Shown piece by piece: positions 36,153 to 64,000 of a stretch of DNA of 64,000 nucleotides. The stretch covers positions 5,456,001 through 5,520,000 of the forward strand of contig CM035352.1 of the NCBI GenBank assembly GCA_020137815.1, written 5' to 3'. Every line of letters begins with the position of its first letter. The stretch's first letter is position 1. A program made the translations under genes and the position numbers. A model generated the notes under the pieces. The model was given only the letters and a program-made list of their open reading frames with translations. It was not told the DNA's origin and searched no databases. Source of the stretch: Hormiphora californensis. Lineage: Eukaryota > Animalia > Ctenophora.

Positions 36153-36262
36153 CTGATTCAATCAGATCGATGCTACACCATTTACCACTTTCTAAAGCGG
36201 TGTGTGTACATTAACACGAAAACGTTCAATGTGAGTTCATTATTTAAGACTTTATTTAAGTT

Positions 36263-36452
36263 AAAACAGGGACGGAGTGGGGTCTGCGGCCCAGCTTGTC
36301 GCTGTAGCAGGCAGCCTTTGGCGCCCAGGTCAAGGGGCGCGGTTGGTGAAACCCCAACAAGCTGAGCCCAGCGGAGTTTAGAGGCAGAGCCACTGCGAGT
36401 ATGGTACAGACTCCAGGGGTTCCAATTCGACTAGGGTGGTCGGAGAATTGGC
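36263..36452 (-). ncRNA. Candidate structured non-coding RNA, family unidentified
   Basis: Hand-folded nested helices with G-U pairs valid only on the minus strand; ends in a T4 run. Confidence 0.4.
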
Positions 36453-37494
36453 AAACGTAGCGCGGGATAAGGCAGCGCTTTTCAAGTCGGAGAAAATCTC
36501 AGTTTCGAAAAATGAACGTCGTTTGCGCGGCGATGAAACTGAAATTTCTGGAAAATTTGGTGGTGACGCGCGCATGAAGACGCGCATTTAAGACGTTATT
36601 TTACCGCGCGTTACGTTACCAAACGCTTTAATTGCAATTGACCTTGTTATCTGTTGGCTCTCAGGAGGTGGACCGTGGGTCAGGGAAGAACCCAAGACTC
36701 AATGAGGGCTACTGTTGATAATCTTCCGTTCAACACGGCAACTGTTACAGGAAATAGACAAGATCAAGGGAGAGTGTTCAATCTTGTCAAGTTGCCGTGT
36801 TGTTTTTGACAAATTTCAAAAATCGGTGTGTAATGGTAATGAAACGAAATTTGGTAAGAAGTCCAATTTTATTGTATCAAAAGGGGGCGATTAAAAAGGA
36901 AGGAACCACGCTGTGTGTGTGCAATCTAAAAAGACAGGCGGAGATAGAGCTCGAAAAAAAGGGGGGATGTTCTGTTCTTCCTGCATTATAACTCTCTCTC
37001 TCTCTCTCGTGTATTCACAGCCATTATGGGGACCAATCATGCTGAGTGGGGTGGGGGTCCAAGCAGGGTGGAGGAGGCGGTAAAAAATATAAAACTTGCA
37101 CACCTATCTCTAGTTCGGGGTGGCAAGATTAGCATGGCTCAGAGCTAGGGGGACCTCTCCGGTTTTTAGTATTTGATACATGTGTGTGCAATAACACGTT
37201 GTCACATACTGCAACAAGTTGAATTTGCTTCGGTATATCAGGGACTAAAAACCAGATAAAAGAGATACAGGGGCGGTACAATAAATATAGATACTCTCTC
37301 TCACACACACATCCCATTCTTCTTCATTATATATATCTCTCTCTCAACAAACACAACTCTCTCCCTCATTATAACACAGTTCTTAGATTCACATGGTGTA
37401 TAGATTTCTGAAGTTAGATCAGCCTGATATAGGCACCACGAAGATCGGGTATACATAACTCAGCTTGATATACATAACACATATATCTCCCCCC

Positions 37495-54622
<17,128 letters not shown>

Positions 54623-54899
54623 AATAATGATAATGTACTCTTTCTCTAATTCATCTCCCTAACTCCTGCACCTAGAATGGAAACGTTGTCAATTTGGTGC
54701 AGCATGGTGAGTTGTATCCATTTAGGTACACCATAATATCAAGCTAAGGAGTTACCCGAATTTCAAACTATCAAGGATTTCAAAAATGAAATTAACAACT
54801 GTATGAAGCATATGTTAGGGGCAGAAAGTTATACAACAAAACTAAAACATCGGGAGTAAACAAAGAATTCTTATTATTATTATTACAAGAATTCTTAAG

Positions 54900-55600
54900 A
54901 CTTAACTGCTTCCACTCGATCGCGTCCTACCGCCAAAAGTGATGTATAATACGGTAGCAGGAAAAGTCACATACTCATGAGAGGTATATTGTGTAGCCTT
55001 AAATGAACCTAACCCTAACACGTAACCTCTAAGTAACCCGATATCGATCCCAACTTTTCCTTTGCCTTGTGCCTTTGCCCCTCTAAGAGAAATCCTTCAC
55101 TTTCATGGTTCAAAAAGTGCATTACTTTGACTGAGCCCAAAATAATGTTAGAGGCAGCATTTAAATATGTTTATTTACACCACAAAACCAGCTGGGGGAT
55201 TTTTTGTCGACGTTGAATCGTTTTAAGAGCCCCGAAAAGGCATTTAAATAAATCAAATATTCTCCGAAGGGCTTGGTAAATAAGATATGACGATTGAGAC
55301 TACAGCCAAGGAAGAAAGAGAGCAAACTTCGTCCTTTTTTTACAAAGCGGACAACCTTCTGGACCAGAGAAAGTTTTCGAAACGTCGCAACGTTTACAAA
55401 AAATCTGAGCTCGCGATCCGACGCGACAGGTCCGGTTGTGTCACGCGCGTCGCTCTGTTTATGTGCGCGGCGCTAATTATTGATTTGCGCGTTCCAAGAA
55501 ATGCTGCGCGCAGGATATATTTTTAAATTTTTCCTCGATACGATTTTTTTTCGCATTTTCACTTTTGTCTTTTGATTTTGTTTCTCTTGTCTTCCGTCCC
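54900..55600. promoter_or_regulatory. Probable bidirectional promoter for ARID1 and the EXOSC4 cluster
   Basis: Head-to-head ATGs ~1.1 kb apart; CpG/CGCG-rich patch at 55380-55520 similar to 36460-36620. Confidence 0.5.
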
Positions 55601-55701
55601 CGGTCCTCTACGGCCAGCCTAGCTTTTTTCTGAAATGAACAGTTTGGAAAAATACTACTTAGCTTATAAACGTCTAATTAAACTAGACTCAATATTTTCA
55701 G

Positions 55702-56445
55702 ATGGCTTCAGAAATCCTCTCAGCTGAGGGCCTCCGATGTGACGGTAGGCGTCCTCAAGAGATGCGCAAACTGAAGTGTGAACTTGGTATTTCTGAAGGT
55801 GCGGATGGTTCAGCATTGGTAGAACAGGGATACACAAAAGTTTTGGTCAGTGTGTTCGGTCCCCATGAGTGTGCAAATCGGAATACCCGGAACCACGAAA
55901 GAGCTATAATTTCCTGTTCTTACAACTTAGCTTCATTCGGCTCTGCTATTCGAAAGAAGAAGATGAATTCCGATAAAAAATCAACTGAGGTTGGAGTAAT
56001 GATTCAAAATACCTTTGAGGCGGCTGTGATGCTAGAAAAGTTTCCCAAATCCCAGATTGATATTTACGTTCAAGTGTTACAAGGGGACGGAGGGGAGAGG
56101 TGTGTCGCTATCAATGCAACTACTTTAGCGCTGATTAATGCTGGTATTCCAATGAAAGATTATGTGTGTGCATGTGCGGCTACTGTATACCAGGATAGCG
56201 TGTTGTTAGACATCAACAACCTAGAGGAATCATCACGTGGCCCTCTTTTCATGCTCGCTGTCATGCCCCGGACAGAGTCTATAGTGCAACTACAACTTGA
56301 TCATCGTCTTCACAATGATCATTTGGATAAGGTGGTTAAGGAAACGATACAAGGTTGCCGAGATATCCAGGTCTTACTTGATCGACAGGTTAAGGAATGG
56401 ACTGTTGAAGCAGCTGCTGCATACGATATAAAACCGAGAGTATGA
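55702..56445 (+). CDS. EXOSC4: Exosome complex component RRP41
   Basis: RNase PH fold: GLRCDGRR, ADGSALVEQGYTKV, FPKSQIDIYVQVLQGDGG. Confidence 0.96.
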   Translation: MASEILSAEGLRCDGRRPQEMRKLKCELGISEGADGSALVEQGYTKVLVSVFGPHECANRNTRNHERAIISCSYNLASFGSAIRKKKMNSDKKSTEVGVMIQNTFEAAVMLEKFPKSQIDIYVQVLQGDGGERCVAINATTLALINAGIPMKDYVCACAATVYQDSVLLDINNLEESSRGPLFMLAVMPRTESIVQLQLDHRLHNDHLDKVVKETIQGCRDIQVLLDRQVKEWTVEAAAAYDIKPRV

Positions 56446-56511
56446 TAGTGAGGGAGTTGGTTTTTAAATGTTTTAGCAATACCATATTTTATATTTATTA
56501 GAAATAAATAA

Positions 56512-57357
<846 letters not shown>

Positions 57358-57603
57358 TATAGTACGTTTTAACCATTGAATATTGACTGTGTTTTAGACT
57401 GTACGTTTGTGAGTGTGCATGTTGTATAGTTTTTGGTTTCAGAAGCGTAATTCATCATATTGAGAGTAGAAAATGTGTGCTGTGTAATATATATTTTTTT
57501 GAGGGATAAACAACATCAGCAATTTGAGATTAAATTTCCTTTTAAAATTGCCCAACCGCCTATATTTCCTCTTAAGTCCTAACCCCATCCACCATTTTGT
57601 AGG

Positions 57604-58664
57604 ATGCAGTCGGTAGCACGAGCACTGCTTCGCTCCCGGATTTCTCTTTGTAGCAGCTCCTCCAGTCGACTCCTTTCTTCGGAGGCTAATGCAGATGTGG
57701 GTCTTAGGAGTAAATTCCAAAAATTCATACACGGAGACAATTGGCCCTCAGAACAACAAGCCTCTACAGAGGTATTTCACACCTGCTGCTGTGTCGATAA
57801 ACAACCCTCAAAATAGTGTCCTCATTATTTTTTGGTTTTGTTTCAAGATAGCTGCAGGTGTGGGTGACTCACCAGTTACCCCTTTTCCCCATCTCAGGTG
57901 CCGGAGGAAGGGGCTCCAATTGACCCTGCTGTACTAAAGGAGAAAGATGCGGAGATTGCCGCCTTACAGGAGAAACTGGCTGCTGAGAGCAAGTTGTTGA
58001 CTGAGATGAAGGATAGGTATTTGAGGTCTCTGGCTGACGGAGAGAATGTGAGGAACAGAGCAAAGAGAGAGTTGGAAGATAGCAAAGTATTCTCTATCCA
58101 ATCATTTGCCAAGGTAACATTGCAAAATATAACCTGCTATCAAATCAGGGAGGTTACTTTTGTGGTGAGCATACCGATCTAGCCGCTAGTATCTTTAATT
58201 TACATCTACCTGTACCTGTTATTTCTCTTTCAGGATTTGTTACCCGTATCGGATGTGTTGGAGAAGGCTCTTGAAAGTGTAAAGGAAGAGGACAGACAGG
58301 GAAACGCAACACTATCTAATCTACATGAGGGTGTTTCACTCACTTACAATCAACTTCACCAGGTAACTGGATTGTTACCGTGGTTACTGGTTATCGTGGT
58401 CACCATAGTTACGAAAAATACAGTACATACCTTGACATAACTTTCTTTACACAACACATATCATTACAGGTGTTCAAGCGGCACAACCTGATCAAGATAG
58501 AACCAATGGATGAGGAGTTTGATCCCACTTACCACGAGGCGATGTTCCAAGTTCCCGATCCCGAGAAGACCCCTGGGACCATCTTCACCGTGATACAATC
58601 TGGGTACATTCTTCAGTCCAGATCGATACGGCCCGCTAAAGTGGGTGTTGTCAAGGAAACTTAG
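57604..58664 (+). CDS. GRPEL1: Mitochondrial GrpE nucleotide-exchange factor, ~235 aa; exons 57604-57771, 57898-58113, 58234-58362, 58470-58664
   Basis: Arg/Ser-rich transit peptide; YLRSLADGENVR, FAKDLLPVSD, FDPTYHEAMF, RPAKVGV. Confidence 0.95.
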
Positions 58665-59008
58665 TTATTGTTGCCATAGGAACAATGAGAGATACTGGAT
58701 ATCATTGGGTTTTTTACTAAGTTATACATCAAGTTGGTAAAGCTGATTTGGGAAGGAGAGAGAGGCTGGTGTGTGCTCTGATCTGATAACTTATTTTCTG
58801 TGTGAGATTTTTATACGTTACCAACACAATAAGTTGCAGTCCCTTTCTGTTCTTGTGTGACCCAAGATATGTTTTTATACACCAAACTATCTGGTTTTTC
58901 TAAAAAGTTATAAAGCTCTCTAGTAGTACAGCTGTTATAGTAGTACAGCTGTTATACAATATACAATTCTTAGTACAGCTGTTTTACACAACTCTGTCCC
59001 AGGTGGTC

Positions 59009-60457
59009 ATGTTCAAGTTCAGTTGTGATCCCACGGTGGAGGTACTTCGATCCAGTCAGAAAGAGATGGCACAACGGCTGAAATGGGAAGCCGTGGCAGA
59101 CACCCCGGAACCTACTGCTAGCCCTTATTGGAGAGATGGGAGAGCTGCTAGAGGACGCATTGGAGAATGAGACGTGTACCCCACCTAACGATGGTCATGA
59201 GTTGTTGGATAAATCACGTGTACCACGGGGTAAAGGAACTAAGAAGGGACATGAGAAAACACAAGATGCTGATGAGTTACCACCTGATTTTGGTAAAATA
59301 CTCAACGAGCTGGATGATGTGTTGAGTTATCTAATCAGTCTAGCTCAGGAGTGTCACGTGGATCTTGGAGCACTAGACTTGCCTAGAGATGATAAACTAG
59401 ACCAACCATGTTTCACCAAAACGTCATGGGACGAATTGGAAGTCACTGCTTTCTTCTACGCTATCCCTCCTTTACCATCTGATCAATCCAATCTACTCCG
59501 GGAATGTCTATCCTTGTGTTCTATAGCTTCCAACATTAGTTCCATAATGTGGCCCATGACTCTAGATGTTGGTATGGGGAATGTTACAAAGGAGATACAA
59601 CATCAGACAGATCGGGCTGTAAAGGACCTATTCTGTCATCTCATTGTCCTCTCCTCTCGTTACGAGTATGATCTTCCCATTCGATTGCGGGTGAAACACG
59701 CTAAAACAGCCCTAAAATATGGCGGAAAAGACGGGCTGGCCGGAAAAACTACCAGAGAAACAGCTGCAGAATCAAAATATGCAGACACTCCGAATTTCTC
59801 ACTTCCAGCTTCTGAAGAGACAGCTCAGGACTATGAGCTTAGTACCCCTATCAAGATTAGATAGTGTTGAGAGAGCACTGGGACAGCTCATTCTCTCACT
59901 AGGAAACATGGCAGAGTCGGTACAAGTGGTGCACTGATGGCACTGAGATCAACTGGAGTGATGAGAGACAGGCTCAACTAGCTCACCAGATATCCCTGAC
60001 CATACGGTATACTTGTGGAATCGCTCAGAAACTTGAAGTGGATTTGGGGGAAGCCATGTCTTGCGATAAGAGGTTAGCGAGAATAGTCTCTGATAATGAA
60101 AACACAGACTCTGGTGAGACAGGGACGAACAAGGCACACTCAGATAAGGCTGATGAAACGAAGGAGAATGGTTCTCCCAAACAGTGTAGGACAATTCGAG
60201 ATGTTGAGTTGATTTTCAAGAAGTTTGTAGGAACTGGGGATAAGTTTAGTTCTCCCCGAAATGTTATACTCAAGTTGTTCTCGTGTACGGGGGATATTAT
60301 CAAGACAGATCAAAAGGGACGGTCTAATGTGAAGAAAGAACTGGACTTGGAGAGGTTAGGGGACCATTTAGTAGGCTGTCTGAGTTTCTCTACCCATTTA
60401 GCGAACATTTGTGGGATTGATATTGCTAAGGCCTTACACCATTATAATCCTAAATAG
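59009..60457 (+). CDS. DCTPP1/MazG-like protein with four tandem repeats, ~481 aa after three +1 frame corrections
   Basis: FKFSCDPTVE...PRNLLLALIGEMGEL...ELDDVLSYLISLAQECHVDL matches DCTPP1; three more degenerate repeats follow. Confidence 0.75.
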
Positions 60458-60688
60458 TTGGGTTGTTTTTACACAGTTGTTTCTACAGTATTTTAATATT
60501 TTAATATTCTAATTACATTTGTCATTTTATTACTAAGTTTATTTACAATTGCAACGTTCAGTAGACAGTTATTCATCATTTAATCTGAGACAAGTTATTA
60601 ACACGTCCCCTCTTTCTCCAGATATAGGAACACATGACAATGTAAACACACTGATCACGCTCATACCGGCCTCTTGGGAACTAGCGCC

Positions 60689-61270
60689 ATGTACAAGTTC
60701 GGGACCTCACTTGATCAAACAAACATGTGTGTTCTGGGAGAGTCAGTCTCTCTTTTGCTTTCGTTAACCTACGTCCAGTGATACCAGGCCATGTCCTAAT
60801 CTCCCCCAAACGAGTTGAGCCATCATTTACCCAACTTCAACCAGATGAAGCGTCAGATTTATTCCAAGGTGGGTTTCATTCAATTAATTGTCAAAACTAA
60901 TTAGGTAACCTTGTACCCATTTTTGGCGTTTCCCCAAATAATATCCCCCAGAAATTCCCTTACTTGTCTTCTAAACAGTTGTTCACCTCCCTCTCCCATG
61001 ATACAGGTGCCAGGGTGCTTGGTGAGATCCTAAAACATCACCACAGCACCGACAGCATGACAGTTGTGATCCAGGATGGGCCTCTAGCAGGACAGAGTGT
61101 GCCACATGTTCACCTGCATCTGTTACCCCGGCAACCAGGGGATTTTCCTAATAACTGATGATATTTATGGAGAGATTGAGAGGGTTGATAAGAGAAGGGG
61201 TCGTGATAGGACGCTGGGAGAGATGGAGAGAGAGGCGGGGATATTGAAGGAATTAGTTAAGGATAGGTGA
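60689..61270 (+). CDS. FHIT: Bis(5'-adenosyl)-triphosphatase FHIT; intron 60869-61006; three apparent +1 indels
   Basis: FGPHLI, SFAFVNLRPVIPGHVLI, IQDGPLAGQSVPHVHLHLLPR, NNDDIY. Confidence 0.9.
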
Positions 61271-61431
61271 AGTTACTAATCTTATTAGGCAAAATGAAGT
61301 TTTGTATGTTAATTATTGTTAATATGTGTAGCCAGATTAAGTTATTATGTATTCTTATACATCAGTTTTTGGGCAAGTTATGATTGCGTACTTGATAATC
61401 TGATATGGACTGTTATTAGTATGTTTCAAAT

Positions 61432-64000
61432 ATGCCAGATATTTTGAAGACTGCTGACCATTTTAAACACAGCCGGAAATGGACACTAACAGGTAATAGA
61501 TCCCCAGTCCCCTATTTATTAATGGGGCTATCATAGAAAACTAGAACTCACAAAGCAATCTTCTCAACTTTTATTATAGAACCCATCCTTTGTTGCTTCC
61601 GTAATGACTCCTCCCTCTCCATCTACAGGGCGATGGGGAGAAGAGTGTATGGCTTGTCTTACAATCATTCTGGACACACCCTCTACCCCTGTTTCAAGAA
61701 AGAAAGCCCTACTAGGAGAACTACTATACCTTCTCAAGTATGGTTAATTGCATAATTACATAATTTACTAGAATTGATTACATAATTAACTAGAAACTCT
61801 GATAGCACGCTAAATATATGTTGACCCAACATTATTTGATGTTGTAATTTCAGGGGATCTAAACAAATGAAACATATGCTGGGACTAGATGATGGGTTGT
61901 CATTTGGAAAGAGCCTTATAAGAGCTCTTATCACTGCCATAGCTACCGTGCAGGACGAACAGGGTAAATAATTAACAACAAATTAGTTAATGAACTATTG
62001 TGCAATGTGGCCAGATCATCTCTTCACAACACCGCTCAATTAGCAACAAAATTCTTAATTCAGCCTCTCTCACACGGTCTCAAAAAGGTATGAACACTGA
62101 ACAGCTGATCATTTATTCATAAATCATTTCCCAGGCATTGAGTGTGTGAAAGTTCTCACTTCAATCACACCTTTGGCTCTCTCTTATTGTGCGGTGGGCG
62201 AGGCGTGTAAGAAGTTTTATGAAAACTCAAACCATCATAAGCCTGCCCTACTACTTACTCAACTACTCCACTCACTTATCACGTCCAGGTAACCATGACA
62301 ATTGAGCTGGTAACCATAGTAACCACTTGATGAACATCTAGTAACCGACTCGGTAACCATAGTAACCACTTGGTAATAATCACCTGCTCACCAGTGAAAA
62401 CATGACCTTATAGTTCCCTGGAATTGTACAATATCCCCCTTAGTTTGCCACTACGAACTGAGTTGGTAAAAAGCAAGTTTATTGACAACCTCTGTGATGC
62501 CCTCCGACCCTCTAAGGAGCCTCTACAGAACGTGATTCTGTCATTTCTCTACCAACTTCACGCCATTGCTCCGCTTCCTTCGTAAGTATGGGTTACACCG
62601 ATTGATTCTTTGGGCCCCCGAACATTCTCCAAATCCTTTCGATCAATCTCTGCAAACCTTCTATCTCCTACCCAGCCTGCTATGATAATCCATTATCTCC
62701 CTCCCCTTCAGATTGGTATCAGATTTGCGGCTCCTAAAACTTCTCTACAACACTACAGCCCTCCTCTCCTCTCCCGTCACCGTGTCTAGTGCCATGGCCC
62801 TTATTGCTGCGGTTATGGTGGACCCTGCCTTTCCTATGAAACACCGACAAAACGTACTGAACCAAGGTAAGGTTTATATTGAGAGAGAATTGAGAAACGT
62901 ACCAAACCAAGGTAGTATATGAGAGAGATTTGAGGAACGGACAGAGAGAATTTCAACACTCAACTGACAACTCCAAGCCAAACCATGACACTCAACTCCA
63001 TGAAACTCACGCAGGTCAGCTTATGCCGGGTATAAAGCATGCTCTAGCACACACCAAGTCAAGTGAAACCATAGCAACCACAATGCAACTCCTCCGATCA
63101 CTAAATGCTCCACATCTCCTTACACAGGTAACACCTTCTAAACAAGTGCAATGGTAATGGCACCTTCTGGTGGTGCTATTGCAATGCTTGGGGTGTCACG
63201 TCTATTTCATCACCTCAATAAAACACACCTCAATTAAAAACACCGGTGTCGGCAGTCAATCATGAGATATGTTTCCCTCTCTGTTGTTTGTTTAATTTTA
63301 CATTCTCACTCTCAGTACAATCTCCACGACTACATATTGGAGTGTCTGTCGAGTGAAGAGGAGGGAATCTGTGTGGCAGCTCTGGAGATGTGCCTCGCCT
63401 CCTCAAAACACCACAACACCTCCACAGCCATGTACATCTCAGAATCTCTGACAGCCCTCATTGATCGGGTAGGTGGGAGTGAGGGACCGGCTCATGCTGA
63501 GGGTACAGGATATTTGTATGATAGGGACCTGATTTCAAAAGAAAATGATCTAATACCACTGCGGCGTGTGATATAATAATCCTCCAATGCCCCCTTCATA
63601 GGAAAAGAAACGAAGAAGGGAAAGAATCCTAGAGAAGTGTTTTGATTATCTGCTCCATCTCACTGAGATACGAACCCCAGAGAACTTTCCAGATACTCTG
63701 TCTGGGCTGGTGGTGTGGGGTGGGGAGACACTTGTCTCTCAAGTCTGTCTCCTGGTCTCACGACATACCACTATTACATTTAGTAACATACAGGTACTAT
63801 TCAACTAGAAGTTAATTAACATACAGGTGCTAATTATCTTTTAATTAATTAACTAGCTACCTGTTCTTTTTGTTATGTAACACAGTTATCTTCCAGGCGA
63901 TGCAACTGACTAAACATCTGATTCTGTGGATGTCAGATAACCTGTCCCAACGAACCCGACCAGTAGCTGGGGACCAAGAGATGCTGTTGGGGGTTTATCT
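61432..64000 (+). CDS. MEI1: MEI1-like meiotic DSB-formation protein, 5' exons, continues off the window
   Basis: Spliced N-terminus ADHFKHSRKWTLTGRWGEECMACLTIILDTPSTPVSRKKALL resembles MEI1 H-x-x-H-x-x-x-W...CLAC...RKK (from memory); later exons are Leu-rich and helical. Confidence 0.65.

Noticed and set aside
36730-36805. U17/snR30 assignment from a CACUCUCCCC loop
   Set aside because: The conserved AUAUUCCUA and AAACCAU motifs are absent
55009-55019. CTAACCCTAAC matching a telomerase RNA template
   Set aside because: The same 11-mer occurs at 54188; no convincing pseudoknot or H/ACA domain was found

Overview
Gene-dense animal genomic DNA with short GT-AG introns, many (GA)n microsatellites and many MITEs. 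A ctenophore origin is inferred from the LDLa-GPCR type, nested-gene layout and operon-like clusters; it is not proven. Left half: a minus-strand CAPS/CADPS gene (exons from 24393 down to at least 2414, continuing off the window). Its introns hold an antisense nested LDLa-repeat GPCR gene, two LINE fragments, several MITEs and large minisatellites built from its own splice sites. Middle: an orphan 3-exon gene, RER1, BLOC1S1, two candidate structured RNAs and a long ARID1 (osa/BAF250) gene, all minus strand. Right: a tight co-oriented plus-strand cluster (EXOSC4, DPM1, GrpE, a four-repeat DCTPP1/MazG-like gene, FHIT, MEI1-like), each gene preceded by an apparently unpaired splice acceptor, suggesting a trans-spliced operon. 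Best leads: tandem arrays of splice signals (including 43-nt units each bounded by GT...AG), the single-chain four-domain DCTPP1, the operon, a 23-28 bp micro-element with 8-bp target duplications, and a well-folded candidate ncRNA. Regions ~10100-12480 and ~59000-64000 appear to carry sequencing errors.
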